DNA of 59,654 nucleotides, filler included, from Sluysia triapertura (lineage: Eukaryota), in assembly GCA_046118255.1 (NCBI GenBank). It is 5 parts of 5 records of this genome, joined end to end, with 100 filler letters (N's around TTAATTAATTAA, not from the genome) between each part and the next. Parts side by side here need not be neighbours in the genome. Positions count along the whole stretch, not along the records: positions 1 to 14,140 come from JBJNIA010005444.1; positions 14,241 to 26,389 come from JBJNIA010134288.1; positions 26,490 to 37,487 come from JBJNIA010190308.1; 2 more parts are not named here. One strand, written 5' to 3'. Both the position numbers and the translations under genes were made by a program. The notes below the pieces were generated by a model. That model was not told the DNA's origin. It was given only the letters and a program-made list of their open reading frames with translations, and ran no database searches. Below are positions 13,678-28,502 of the stretch, piece by piece. The stretch's first letter is position 1, and every line of letters starts with the position of its first letter.

Positions 13678-14140
13678 ACAAGATTTTAATTTATTTTATT
13701 TTTAAAATTTTAATAAAAATAATAATAGTAGTAATAATAATAACAACAGTAATAATAATATGAACGAAAAAATTACTGTTGTTATTCTTGTTAACATTAA
13801 AAAACGCATAAAAATCTTGGACCTAATTACACGATCTTTTCTATTTATTCTTTTAGCTTCTACATATAGATAAAAGTAAAAAAAGAGATATGTACTGTGA
13901 AGGAGCAATGATTGCTAAGTGTATGATGTATGATTGTTAATTGTTGCTTCACAGTATGATAATAAATTCTCTAAAGTTATCTGGAATTGTTTTGAAGGTG
14001 TAAAATGGTTGAAGTTAATGATGAAATAAAGAGTGTTAAAATAATTTGTTAGGATTTATTGAAACTTGTAAATTGAAAACAAGATCTATGCATTAGATTT
14101 AAGTTTGAAATGTTTATTGAAAAGGTTAAAGTTAATTTAA

Positions 14141-14240
14141 NNNNNNNNNNNNNNNNNNNNNNNNNNNNNNNNNNNNNNNNNNNNTTAATTAATTAANNNN
14201 NNNNNNNNNNNNNNNNNNNNNNNNNNNNNNNNNNNNNNNN
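14141..14240. other. Artificial contig linker N44-TTAATTAATTAA-N44
   Basis: Identical 100-bp structure at four places. The 12-mer puts stops in all six frames. Confidence 0.98.
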
Positions 14241-16559
14241 AGAATTCCATAGTATTTGAAATAAGATGGTTACATTGTATGTATACATACAAATAATTTA
14301 GTTGGCGAATAACCGATATATATATGATCCATTTAGTTTTTATTGTCAAAATTCACTAGTTAATCGTCTTATTCAAATTAATAAATTGAAAAACTCAAAA
14401 TAATCATCTGTACACATTGTGATTTTAGTAATTTTAAGAGTTTTAGGAGACTTTAGTAAACAATATTTTGTATTATATTTATTGAAATACACTCAAAGAA
14501 TTGCATATAATATACCTGGATTCATTATAATGGATGAAAATAATTTTAAAATATCTAATTACTAGATGAATTATTATTTTTTATCAAACATATTAACTTG
14601 TACTTTTTCACTTGATATTTAAATTGCCACATTTAGTGGTCTAATCATTGACACATTTCATATTGTATAATTTTTTTCGAAATTACATTTAAAATTTAAA
14701 TAAAACCAATAATTTAATGTAGACTATTCATGAACGGACAAAGAAGCTTTTATTCATCTTTGAATTATTTAATTAATTATTTATATAATAAAAATATTCA
14801 AGTGTTATATAGTCAATGTTCAACTATTATTATTTAATATTAAAAATTAATATTTATTTAATAAATAAAAATTAAACACTAATTAATAGTAATATTTATA
14901 ATTTATAATAAATCCTTTTAAATCATTATATATTAAAATATTGCAATAAGGATAATTAGAGTTTATTCTGTAATAATTGCAATAATAGTAATTATCATCA
15001 TCATCATCATCATCATCATTATCATCAGTAATTTTCAGTAATATACAAGGTTTACTTTAAATGTGGCATATTTCGGACTAAAGAATCCTTAAAAAACCAC
15101 TTAAATATTGCAGACATTAAGGCGGTATAAAAGTTCGATTTTATTAATCATTGGTCTACTTGATGACATTACCTAGATTATTAATAAAGTACATTTTTTA
15201 AAATAATACTAATTTTAATCTATTATTTAATTTAGATAATTATATAGTCCAAGAATTAATCAGTGTTCATCAAATAAATATTTTTAAACTATATTAATTA
15301 TATTTCATAAATTAAAATCATCGTGAGATTGAAAAAAAGAATAATATTTCGAATATTTACATGTAGATCTTTTATTAGCAATGTTAATTCATTTAAATTA
15401 GTAGACAAAATATTTTAGGTATACTTTATGAATTATTTAATGCGAAATTTCAAGTAAAGGTGTCTTGCTTTATGTGTTAAAAATTTTAAATGACATATAT
15501 ATTTCAAATTAACATGTATTTAATGAAAAAAGAAAATAGTTATTAATTTGAATATAAAATGTACATCCAATGGAACAAAAGTAGGTCGAAATATAATTTG
15601 TACGACTTATATTATTTGAAATTGCGGAAACATGAATTATGAAGAAAACAAAAGTTCAAATAAAAATGACAATCATGACTTTCAAAACTGAAATTACGTT
15701 TGGCAGTTTGCAAAATAGTAAAAATATTCACGGAAATGTATAATTAAGAATATGACAAAAGTTTTTAGTATACCTATTATTTTGTACTACAAAATTTGAC
15801 GAATAATTTTAAATGATTGTGACAGATGCGATATGCATGAAGTAATTAAGAGTTATATTTGTAGCTATATGAAAGTTGAGTTTTGTTGGATGGTCCTCAC
15901 TATTTTATAAGGTGGGAATTACAACATAGTACATAGTACAACGTAGGAAATTTAAAAAATTGTTTTGGTGACATTCAATGATTCATCAAAAGAAATTTAA
16001 CAATTACGATATTAAATAAAACAATGAATATGAGCTACTGCCTAGAGATGGCAAGAAATAAAGCACTAAATATTGGGCAATTAATATCACAGAAAGATCA
16101 TGCTTGATTGCATGTGATCGAACAGGTAATATTGAATTCTGATCTTTCATTAATTCAATAAGTAAGTTTACTTAATTTGAAGTCTTACTGAATTTATTAA
16201 TCACATAATCAACACAAATTATTATATTCAATTTTTACTTTTACAATAGTACAATCAATTTAATTATCTACTAATAATTAATAAATTTCAATCTAATACT
16301 AAATTTAAAATTTGATAAGATCAAAAGATTTGAAGTGAATTATATTCAATAATTCATTAATATCTTATATTTCAATTAAAAGAGAACTATACAAATAATA
16401 GTAGTTTACGCATTTAGTACAACAAAATATCCAAACAAAAAATATTCTTCTCAGTACAAATTAGTTCTTTTAGTACAATTTAGATCATGAGGAAATCTAT
16501 TAAAAATTACTTAAAAATAAAATAAAGCAGAAATGTAATAAACCATAAAAAATAAATTA

Positions 16560-17862
16560 AATTAATAATAAAACAAAATAAAAAATATTACCAAAAAGTA
16601 GATCTTATTTCAAAATTATTTTCTTTTGACTTCAAATTCCAAAATATTTCTTTTTATACTTTCTCATCACTCAGTCATTTCTGATTTTTAAAATCTAAAC
16701 AAATCTCTGATTCTCTTAAACAAATCATCACAAAATTCTGTAAGTATTAAACTGACAATATTAACTTTGACAGTTACATGATAAGGTCTGTCAAACTTTA
16801 TTAGATACAGAACATCTATGATCATCTATTATTTACTTCTACTCTTCTCGGTCAATTTTTACTTAAATTATTTCGCACTTTAAAGTAACAACTATTATTG
16901 TTAACATACATAAAAATAATGAATTTAATTTTAGTTTTTAGAATTTAATTTTAGAATTTTTTAATGAAAAATGTTAAAGGTTCTTATTCTCAAGCAAACT
17001 ACTCTACAGATATTTCAAGCTTACTTCTAGATTCTTCTCTTTCATAACAATTATTTCTTATTAAATTCATTTTTTTTCGTCATTCTAAGTATAAAAATTC
17101 AACATTCCATAATTAAGAATTATTTTAAAATTTGACTTTGCTCAATATTTAGGCTTTCCTTGCATGAACTCGGTCAGACCATACCTTCATCGAAAGGTTT
17201 TTTTAAAACAAATGCATACACACTTTCAAATTTAAAGTAGCATTCCATATTCAAACGTTATTCACAAAAACGTACTTTTTCATAATTAAGTTAATTAAGA
17301 TTTTAATTAATTAATCTATTTTTAGACTTAATCTTATTTTATGTTTAAAGGTTTTATTAAGGTTAAAAAGTTAATTAGTGCTTTAAAAGGCACTTAAGGA
17401 GTTCATCTTCACCATTCAGGTTCATTTTTCTATTTCTTTAGGTAATGATTATTATATCAAATTTATCTTTAATTTTAATAACAATGATTTTATTTCTCAA
17501 TTTTTTAAAGGTTTTAACTACTTTATAAGGTTACTCAAATGTCCTAAATTACCTAAGAGATTCTTAAAGGTCAGTAAAGCCTTAAGTAATCTCAAGTTTC
17601 AGAAGTTCAAAGATACCTAATGTCCCTAAATATTTTTCAAGTCCATCTCAAGCCTCAACAAAGTCTCAACACCTTATAATGATATTTGGATTCCAAGGTA
17701 TTCTTCAGCTGTTAACATTATTACAGATGTTTTTATCTTCATGATTCTTACTCCATCAATGTTTTCAATATTTTATCCATCACTTTATGTCAATTCTTCC
17801 TTCATTTTATAGTTCTAAATGTTTCTCACTCATCTCCTGACCCACAGTTGGGCAACCCTACA
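16560..17862 (-). mobile_element. LTR-like dispersed repeat, related to 31919-32971
   Basis: Blocks shared with 32400-32971: ggtctgtcaaact; aacatacataaaaataatgaatttaattt; aaaatttgactttgctcaatatt..ctttccttgcatgaactcg..cttcatcgaaaggt. Both copies end in an equivalent terminus (minus strand TGTAGGG vs TGTTGGG). Left boundary approximate. Confidence 0.6.
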
Positions 17863-18331
17863 AAATGTTTGAATGACTAAGTAAGTAATGGATCAAAAAT
17901 AATTTAGATGGCTAATTAAAAACTGAAATTTATGAAAATAAAGAAGGAAAAATGTCAATCTAGGGATTATAATGCTTTTAGTAATGCATTTACTTTTATA
18001 ATGATAATGTGCTCATAGAAAAATCTGTGATTTTTGGTATATTTTTATTGAAATTTCAAAATAAAATAGCTCCTAATTTAATAATACATTTATGAAGCAT
18101 TAACATCTACTATAAAATAAGTATAACTAATTGAAACAAATGTACCATACTGTACAATAAAATTGGCATACATAAAAAATATATAAATAATATTTATTTA
18201 CTTGCGATATTTTTATTATCAAAACGTTTAAAATGATTACGCAGTCACTTATTATAATTAATTTATACGATTATTTATATTAGTTTTAAAATACGTGACA
18301 TTTGCTTACATTTAATTTTTAAATAAATATT

Positions 18332-18456
18332 ATAAACTTCAGAATGCCAATCATAATCTAAAAAAATGAAAAAGGTAAAAGAAATGGTAAATTCTATGAA
18401 GAAATGAAGTATGAAATGAATACGAATTAATTTATCCAAGTAAATCAACTTAATTA
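18332..18456 (+). repeat. Left copy of a ~125-bp near-identical inverted repeat pair
   Basis: Reverse complement of 22920-23059, which has a short extra insertion. Confidence 0.9.
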
Positions 18457-20269
18457 AAATAAACAGTTTTTGAATTAGTATTACCGATATCATTAATATT
18501 ATTCTACATAAAAATATAAAGGAAAAGCAGTTTTATAAGTCATTTATTTATGTATTATTATTTTTTACTTTTAAAAATGTTTTAGAGTACATTTTACGGT
18601 TTTCTTGATAATATTATAAGATACATTAGTAATTTATTTTATACAAATTCAGTTAATCAAATTAGTTTGCCAGAATCCTCTATAATTTAGAAGATTCTTC
18701 GTTGATGATAGAGATGTAGATGAAAATTTTGTAATAAGATAAAGTTTCAATTTAAACTTTTAACATACTAAGGTATATTTTAAAACAATAGAACAAATAC
18801 AAATAAATGCAAATATACTTAAAATAAAAATTGGAAAATACGTATTAGTTAAAATTTTGTTTGATTTTAATTTTCGTTTAATTAATTAATTATTATATTT
18901 AAAAAAGTTGATAATACATATTTCAAAATCAATAGAACAACAAAGATGTTAATAGAATGTCAATGTCACGTTTATGTATTTTAACATTTCTTGTTTATCT
19001 TGTTATCACTATTTTCCCACAAAATGTACTTCAAAAATCCAGGCATTATCAAGGAATTATCAAAACATTCAAAGCTCATTACATAAAAACGTTTATGAAA
19101 AATTTGACTTAGAAACTGAAGGTGATGTAAAAATTGTAAATAAGCATTTTTGTTTGTGAATTGATATTTTTATATAAAATTATTTATATTTTATTATTTT
19201 ATATTTTATGTATTTTTATGTTTTGTGTATTTATTAAAAAATTATAAATATTAAAAATACTATAAAAAATTATTAAAATTACTATTATTTAAAACATTCT
19301 AACTACAATTATGTTAAAATGAAATTAATACTTAATTATTTTAAAAGTAATACAAAAAGAAGTTTCTAGAAATGAATTATTTTAGTAAATCAAAATTAAA
19401 AATATGATTCCTTATAATCAAAAAACTATAAAAAGACAAAGAACAGCAGACAACCATTTTAATATAGAAGCCATTTTTATATTTCGATTTGGCAACCATT
19501 TTGATTTGCTAGTGTAGTGGCCATTTTGTATTGCAACTATATTGAATCTAGCGATTTGGTGATTTATTCCAAGCAGTTCTATCCATCCAAATATTCGTTA
19601 CAAGAACATTTTGATCTCAATCTTTCGATTAGAGAGATCACAATTTTTAATTATCTTGTACATAACGTGTAGACTCGCAAGAGTTAAAATATTGACTTAA
19701 ACAATTTAATTTTCAGTTGGTCATCAAGGCCAATTATAAAATAATACCAAAATATAAAATCATTGTCTTTTCGTTGGCCTCTAAGGTCAATTACAAAATA
19801 ACTTTAGACAGATCGAGTCTTCGGGCTAGGTCTTTTGTAATAAAATAATTATTTTTGATACTACCTATTTTATTTTATATTATTATAGTTTGCTATAATA
19901 ATTGTATTGTGAAATTAGTAATTTTGCTTTTTAGTTGTGAATAACACATTTTATAATAATTGTTAATTTTAATATAAAGATTTGACGCATTTAATTTAAC
20001 TAAGAAAGTAAGATTATTACACCAGAAATAGTCATGTATCCTACAATTATCAAAGTGAACGTTAGAAGACTTATTGTTAATTCTTCTATATAAGTAAATA
20101 GAAGAAAATATGCTTATTTAATAGTATTCTCTCATAGATTTCTCATATCGCATATTAAAGTAAAGTACACCTTATTGTAGCATCAGTCTTTCAGTATATA
20201 CTTTCACAGTAGTAAGTCTTATACTGTAAACGGACTCTGAATAATAATCTATTTTGCGGTTAGGTAAGT

Positions 20270-20832
20270 TCTAAAAGAAACCCAGCAGTGACACCATTAC
20301 ATATGAAGAAGCAATTAAAAGAACTTATTTAGTTGATGTCCTTCCGCTCATAATAAATGCTTAGAACTCATTTAGCAAAGAGACTATAATCAACTGTTTT
20401 AGACATGGATTTGATAATTGGAGAGGATATAATACAGATACAATTTCAGTAAATGAAGTACATGAAGCTCTACCGGATTCCAACATGGATGTTTCTGAAA
20501 TATTTGAATGCAATGACTTCCCAATATGTGCAGATTTCAATATTGATGATATGCCTTTCCTTGAACGGGTTGAACATGAGGCAGAGATCGAATTTGCAGA
20601 TGCTGTACATTATTTAAAACAATTTGAAAGAGACTTTCTAGTGCATAAAAACTTGGCACTAAAAAATTTGGATTATCTCAGAAATCAATTGCTATAGACA
20701 GCAAAATAATAGATCTTCAAAAATAACAGAATTTTTTAAAAAATGAATAAATGCTGATATCTTAATTATCTTTTTTAAATGAACAACCAGTTTTTGGGTT
20801 ACCATGGAGTTCATTATCTCAAAAAATTACTG
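20270..20832 (+). mobile_element. pogo/Tigger-type transposase 3' remnant
   Basis: TYLVDVLPLIINA*NSFSKETIINCFRHGF matches the Tigger AW..V...TIxNCF motif. An acidic tail and FADAVHYLKQF helix follow. Ends ...aattactg like a CAGT-type TIR. Confidence 0.65.
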
Positions 20833-22919
20833 TGTTTTATACTTCCAGAAATTGTCTAATGGCATCTATGTTACTTCTCGAATGTTACTGTAAAACTTCT
20901 TTTTTTATTTTTCGGGAATACAACTGTAATCTCGAATAGTTATCGAAATATTTAGCAAGCTAATTTCTCAGTAATCAGTACCGCTTGATACAGTATATAA
21001 GAAAAATTTATTTAATTTTATCACATGCTTTTACAATATGCACACCATTCCTCATTGTGTCTGCGGAAGAATGTTTTGAAATGTATCATCATTTTGATCT
21101 TTCACATTTAAACTTGTTTGTTAAATCGATAAATTCCAAAACATATACATTTCATGTAACTTGAACAAAATATCAATTTCTTCATATATATTTTTCCTAT
21201 AATATTTTTACATAATTCTATTGTTTAACTTATTGAAAGATGTCCACGATGATTAGGATAAACTATGCACAATAGAGGAATTCAATTTATAATTGAGAAA
21301 ATATTGTATTAACACACATACTCGGCCTCATCTATTATAATGATAAGCCAAGCTGGTGACGTTTCATTTAATGCTTCATCGTTATTTTCGGTAAAGTATT
21401 ATTTTCTGAATCAGACATTACTTATTTTTTTAAGTTCTGTATTTATATCGTTAGATCTTTTAATAAACTATTAAATACAAAACTCAGAAAATCAAATTAA
21501 TACTTAACTGCAATTATATTCTATATATTATACATTAATAAATATGAACTTTCACAATAAATGTTAAATTACAAATTAAGTAATTAACACTTAACTTAAA
21601 GCCACATTAATGTAAAATTATACAAATAAATAACTAAGGTTGACACAACTAAAACTATAATTAAGTTAATGAAAAAATAATCTAAAACGAAATAATAAGT
21701 AAGCGTTATCCTATATTATTAATAATTTGAATCAATTTCCTAATATATAATTCTTCGTTCAGGATCCCAATAATTTTTTGTGAAATTAGAAGATAAATCA
21801 ATTTATTTAAGTAGTAAATTTTTAATCACTTTTATCCTTCTACTTAGAATAAATGTGATAAGTTTTTGAAGTTCAATCTTTTTAAAATGATTAATTAACT
21901 TTGTACTGCACGTTCCTTTATATATCTTTCAATAAACACATCTCATTTTAGAATAACATTTTTGGCATTATATTTCCTCAACAAACCATTAACTTAACTT
22001 TTCATGTGATTTTTTTAATTTTAACAAATTTTATTGTAGAAAAATCATTTTCTATGCGTAACACGTCAATATCGTTCTTCCTCACGGATTCATTCTAATT
22101 ATTTTTCTAGTTTATTACATTATTCTATGATATTTAACTCTTTGTTAAAACTTTAGGTTCAATTAAAATAATAATTTCTTGAGTTACCTTCGTTAATTTA
22201 AATCACAAGACTTCAATTTTTCTGTCACTAATGTGTTACAATATAGTCTTTAATTCAAAGTATATATTTTTCAAAAATATCACTTTCACCCAAAGTTATT
22301 TTACAAAATATATTTTAATTAACAAATGTACTTTCATGAATTTTATATATTAAAACACATCTTAGTGATTTTTACAGCCTTTTCATCATGCTACCTAAAA
22401 ATACCGACTATGTCTCATTACAATCTTTCATGTCATATTCTATTTATCGATTTACAATTATTATATCCATTATTATTAATATTATTAAAAATAATATTAT
22501 TATCAGTAATTAATTTCATTTATTTCTATAATTATTTGTATTGTTAATATTTATTTACATTCACTAATTTTATTATTATTCTTTATTAATAATTTAAATT
22601 ATTAATTTCATGATTTCCATAAATTTTATTATTAACTTTTAGGTTTTATTTTTAATTATTAATTATTAATTTTATTTTTATTTTAGATCTTTATTTTAAT
22701 ATCTTTATTGTTAACGTGATACTTTATTTCTTATAAATAATTTCATTTTGTTAATATACTTTTATTTTTAATTTCTTATCTTATCTTAGACACGACATCA
22801 CTTATCTGTAAGTCCTTTTATACGCAGTTTATCTGCTGATATTCTATAAGAGATTCTGTAACCGTTATGTATTTCTTCAAATATTATAATACTTTCATTC
22901 ATTTGGTTCTGGTATATTA

Positions 22920-23059
22920 TAATTAAGTTGATTTACTTGGATAAATTAATTCGCATTCATTTCATACTTTAGTTTTAAATTCTTCATTTCTTCATAGAAT
23001 TTACCATTTCTTTTCCCTTTTTCATTTTTTTAGATTATGATTGGCATTCTGAAGTTTAT
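22920..23059 (-). repeat. Right copy of the inverted repeat pair with 18332-18456
   Basis: Direct sequence comparison. Confidence 0.9.
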
Positions 23060-25148
23060 GAATGAGTGTTTGTATGATTATGACCAACTAAAAAATTTAA
23101 TCCTTCACATTATATAATGAGTTGCAAATTCTTATTTACCAATAATAATGATAGCTTTTACCACAATATATAAATCTATGCGTCCAAAAAAGAATTGACT
23201 GATTATTGCAAAGTTTATATTTTGTAAAATTATTTTTTTATATGTCATAGTTCAACCTTTCATTTGAAACTTTATTCATATATTTCAACAAAAATATCGC
23301 AAACACTAACGAACTAAACCTTCAATCAAACATTTAAATATTTAAAGGCAAAATTCTGAAACCCCAAAATAATTATGAAAATAACGTGATAATGGAATTT
23401 CTCCAAAAGCTTATATATCCAACTGTTGAACACTCAAGCCAAATTAAGCAATCATCAATTTGATTTAGAAGATAAAAACGTCAAACTAAAACTAAATTCT
23501 GCTAAAGCATTTATTCATGTTTTTACAAACTAATGGAAGAGATTTTAAACTGATTCAACTTCACATCATTATTTTGTTTACCTTTGGTTCTCTAAATTCC
23601 CATAATCTCTACTACTTTTGAAACTATTTTCTGTCTTGCTTTTGTCTTTGCAATATCAATTTATTGTATTTTTTGATGTATTCTTTGTTCACGCCACAAA
23701 ATTTTTATTCATTAGAAGAGTAATTTTCTTCAATAATAAATTAAGTTTTCTGAAGATTATCAATAAGTGTTTATGTTTATAATATTTTTGATTTTAATAT
23801 TAATTTTTAAGGAGTACTTTTTAAGGAAATTTTGGTGGAACATTTGCGATATATTTTTGACAAGAAAAGAATGACCCAGTGTCTACATATTGTAAATTTT
23901 ATTAAAATAAAACAAATAAAATAAAAATAAAGTAAAATAAACATAACTTAAACATATACAAATATTTTAAAACCCTAAATATGCACTTCTGGGATGAAAA
24001 TTATTTTGGAAAATCTTCTTTTGTGATAAAGTTTTGCCATTTGCATATATAATTAGTCAATCAGTTTATGTAAATATTACTTTTCTTTCAATTTTATGCG
24101 AATATTTATAAAATAATTTTCTGTTTTTTACATATTCTTCAAACTTGAACAGAAAATGAAATTTCAGGATATTCATATTTTAATTACTCCTTCAAACAAT
24201 AAGTCAAGAAACTTTTGTTACACATACATTAGTTCTTTTACAATAGCATAATAAAAATTCTTTGCTGTTTTCTCGCATTATACGAAATTCCATTAATGTA
24301 CATAAATTTTTCGATCATATAACAAATGTGATTAAATTTTTGTAAATAATTATTAAATTTATTAATTTTAAATCAGATTTTATCAATTATTTAAATAAAC
24401 ATAAATAATGCAAAATATGTATCAATGTTTTTTTTCACATCTGAAACGAAATTATCGATTTATTTAGCATTGACACTAAAATTAATAACCAATGATAAAT
24501 TAATTTTGTTTTAATCTTTAGATTAAATAAATTCAAAAATTGTGCATATATTTCCAACAAAAATTAGGATTATTAACAACTATTTTAATATAGTTCAAAG
24601 ATAAATGTAACTGCTTTGTATATTGTAAAAGATATCTATCTATATATTATTCAGTTTTAATTAATACTTATACTTATAAATTTTAGAAATTCATATCTTA
24701 TGTATAATTTGAGAAAATAGAAATGATTTTTAATTTAACTTTTCAAATTGTATAGAAATTAAACATTGTTTCTTTCAGCTATTGCGTCCTAAGGTATGCT
24801 AGATAAACCTTATGATTTCTGACAATTTTTAAAACATTAGGTAGCTCAAAAGCAAAAAAATCCCCAAGCTCCACTGAATTAAATATTTAAAAATATTTAT
24901 TATTCAAACTTATTTTTCTTTCGTATGAATCGGAAATAAATTCCAGAAGAGATATATCTTATTTAGTCATTTTAATTATGATTTCAAATGGGTCATAATT
25001 TTTTTAAAGTTTTTCAGAAAAAAGTTGAAAATTACTGTTTTAAAAGGTTATCAGTTTAGAATAGTACATTTGAGATAATCTTCCAAAACTGAAATAAATA
25101 TTCTTTGATTGTATAATTTCATTAGTGATAAAAATATTAATTTCTTAC

Positions 25149-25606
25149 ATTGTTCAAATCAAGCCATTTATCAAGTACTATTGATGAGTCAGTCTGATTG
25201 ATAAAAAGAATGAATTGCTTAGATAAATGTCTCATTCGTTGTGAATTCGATTGTGTTTCTACTTTGTGTGAAACGATTTGATACATTTTTTGAGTAATAT
25301 TTACATAAAGGTCTTGTTTAGACGTAGTCCAGTTGTGTGCCATTGGAAGAACCATGTCAGCTGTATAGTCAAAACTATAAGAATTGTTCAACTTTGAAAT
25401 ATTTTCATAAATTGGTTCAATATTAATATGTTGAATATTTGTTACTGTAGTCGAAGATGGTAGTATTAATTGACAACTGACAATTTCATCGATACTTAAT
25501 AAATTTGGTAACTGAACAGTTAAACAGGCTTCTCGCGTTGTGTAATTCTGATGATGTGAGTATTTTGTATTATTACTGCTTTGTTTTAAAACTTGACATA
25601 TGTCAG
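25149..25606 (-). CDS. Intact internal exon, possibly a TGF-beta family ligand prodomain
   Basis: ttcag acceptor, gtaaga donor, about 152 open codons. LTVQLPNLLSIDEIVSCQLIL, YSFDYTADMVLPMAHNW and QFILFIN resemble prodomain motifs, with several N-x-S/T sites. No mature cystine-knot exon found. Confidence 0.4.
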
Positions 25607-26389
25607 CTGAAATTATAATTATCGATATTATATTAGATTAAAAAGATCAAAATATGTGAAAATATTATCCTTAATTAGAAAAAACTAAAGACAAACGGAG
25701 TTAAAATTAAAATATACGTAAAATTCTAACTAAAATTGTTATTGGTAACACATAAAACTTTATTTTAGTAAGTAAAATAAAAGTACTTTTTAGAATTAAT
25801 TTGATTTGTTAATTAACTTTACTTAATATTATACAATGCAATAAAAAACCACATCTTCTGAGTGAAAATATGGAAAAAAATCTACAAAATGGATTACTCA
25901 TCAATAAAGACGGTAGACTTAAGAAATTTTTTATATGTGAATTAATTTATTAATAATTTTTTCATGGATAATATTAATAACCACCACCTAATTAGACAAA
26001 ACAACGTGATGATAGACAGACGATAATTACAATAGATAATAATGAAATATTCTTGTAAGTGTGAGTTATTCACAAGGTAGTATCGTATAAAAAATTGTCA
26101 GTCGATTGTAAAATCGTGAAAAAGATATTCAAAAGAAATATATTATTTGTGGGTTAAAAACTACTTATATAATTCCCTATAACCTTAAAAACAACTGTGA
26201 CAGTAAGTGTATTACGAATTTGTTAATTTAAATTTTTGTCAAAATAAAAAAAGTACGTTTCCGAGTGAACTCTAGTTAATTTCGATATTTTAAAGGTCAA
26301 CATTTACGCAGTAACGTTAAGTAAATGAAGTTGCAAAATCTAAAATATTATAAGTGGTTTTCGTGTTCTACTATTTTTACCGGTTATAA

Positions 26390-26489
26390 NNNNNNNNNNN
26401 NNNNNNNNNNNNNNNNNNNNNNNNNNNNNNNNNTTAATTAATTAANNNNNNNNNNNNNNNNNNNNNNNNNNNNNNNNNNNNNNNNNNNN
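26390..26489. other. Artificial contig linker
   Basis: N44-TTAATTAATTAA-N44. Confidence 0.98.
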
Positions 26490-28502
26490 CACATAAAGAG
26501 ACAAAACTATTAAAGATATTAACTGCTAAGCACTTCCATCCTAAACATTTAGGACGAGTATTATAAACTCACGCCTCCAGCTAAGTAATATAAAGTGATA
26601 ATATAATTACGAGTTTCATAGAGAGACTTGAATTGATAACATATAGTGAGGATTTTAATAGTATAAAATAATATTAGTAATCGATAAGTAGATCTAAATT
26701 CTTAAGAAGAAAAATAAGTCAAGAGCAAAGAAATAAAATAAAAAAGCAGTAAAGAAAAAGAAAAGTTTATTACATTTTGCAAAGATATTTATTACATTGT
26801 TGTTGTTGTAATACCAATGCCAGTGCTAACATTCTTTATATTTTATATAATAAGATCCTCTAAACTTAAAAACAATGTTATATTGTGGCAGTATAAAAGC
26901 GTTCTCTAATCTAATAAGCATGGTTGTAAACTGTGAAACAATATTGCATAGTAGCAGTTTAAGTAATTTTAAATTAAAATTTTTAATAGAACAAATTTTA
27001 AAAATATACGACCAAAAATAATAGCTATAAAATAATAGAAACAAGAAAAACATCTAAGACGTATATATATTATATTTAAAATCTCGCAAAAATGATAACA
27101 AATCTAAAAAATAAAAATTTCCATATATCACTAAATCCATAATTATCAAAGTATTATTCTTATAATTAATACAATTAAAATAATAATATCTAAACGAAAA
27201 ATAATTGTTTTAATTGGTTAAATTTAATTATGTAATGAAGTTTAAGTATTTTAAATTAACTATAAATATAAAATGGTTTACTATCACTTTACTATTAATG
27301 CATATATATTCATGAAAACGAGGATGTGATCATTTTTCGGGTCAAATTTTTTAGTTGACTAATTTCGAAAGAAAAAAGAATCAAGTTTACCAAAATTTTT
27401 ATTTTCGTATCTTTTTGAAATCCTATACTACAGCAGCATTATACAAAAACTAAGGCATATAGAAAATTTTAATGTTATTATTAAAATATATATTTATTAT
27501 AATTTATAGCTGAAAATTCTCAAAATTCCAAATGCATTCATTCTGCCTTATTTTTTGACAAAGAAAAACAAGGAATTTCACAAACTTCAAAAGAAATCAT
27601 TTTTTCATTTTATTTTTAAGCATAAAATAAAACCGAAATTGGAAAATTAAACCCTTAAATCCGAGCAATAATAAAATAGTATAAAAAGAAAAATATAAAA
27701 ATATTTCTCTTATGAATGTTTCTTAAAATAAATTAGCACACATTCACGCATATCACATGAAACAAATAGAATACATTTTACATTTTACCAAATATTTGAA
27801 TCTTATCTCAATAGTTATTAATCATCTCTAAATGGATCAGAAGTTAAATCGCCAAAAAAATAAACATTTTCAATTACTGTTAAAATTGTATTATAATATA
27901 ATAATTACTTACTATTTAAAGAAACTCTAAATGCTATTTAATACATTCGTGCCGGCACACCGCGCATGAATAGAGAATATTAAGCCGATGCAAACAAAGC
28001 AGTGAAGCGTAATGCAATAGAGTGATTGTTTAATTAATTATTTTGAAAACGAAAGTAAAGTTTCATCAATTGTGATTAATAAAAACTAACTGAATATATG
28101 TTTTCAATTGTGGATATTTTGAATTTTTCAGCTCACTACACCATATTTTGCTACAATATAAACACATAACTATTTTACATTTTTGACATATGAAAATGTT
28201 TTAAATATCGTGATTTTCAGTTTAGTTGTTAAAAACAAAATAAAGATCGTAAAATACTCTAAAGTTAAAATATTGAACTAAAAGCATAACATTAAAAATT
28301 TTTTCCAAAAATTAAATGCACATTTAATAAATTAAAAAAAACATTATCAAAATCTTTATGTGATTGGTAAAGAAATCTAAATAAAAACAAATTCTAATTT
28401 ACTAATTCTTAATATAAATCCAATACTTTAATAGATTTAGGTTTCTAAATTATAATACTATATAACTGGATTTTAAAAATGATATTTTATCTATAAAGGT
28501 TA

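Noticed and set aside
13655-13690. CTGATGA as a hammerhead ribozyme core
   Set aside because: No GAAA and no three-stem geometry. The other CTGATGA sites I checked also lack them.
14185-14196. Recurrent TTAATTAATTAA as a biological motif
   Set aside because: Synthetic six-frame stop spacer inside N runs.
17841-17860. tRNA-Lys PBS-like sequence (gcccaactgtggg on the minus strand)
   Set aside because: It lies inside the terminus shared with the 32971 copy and is not conserved there. Better explained as an LTR end.
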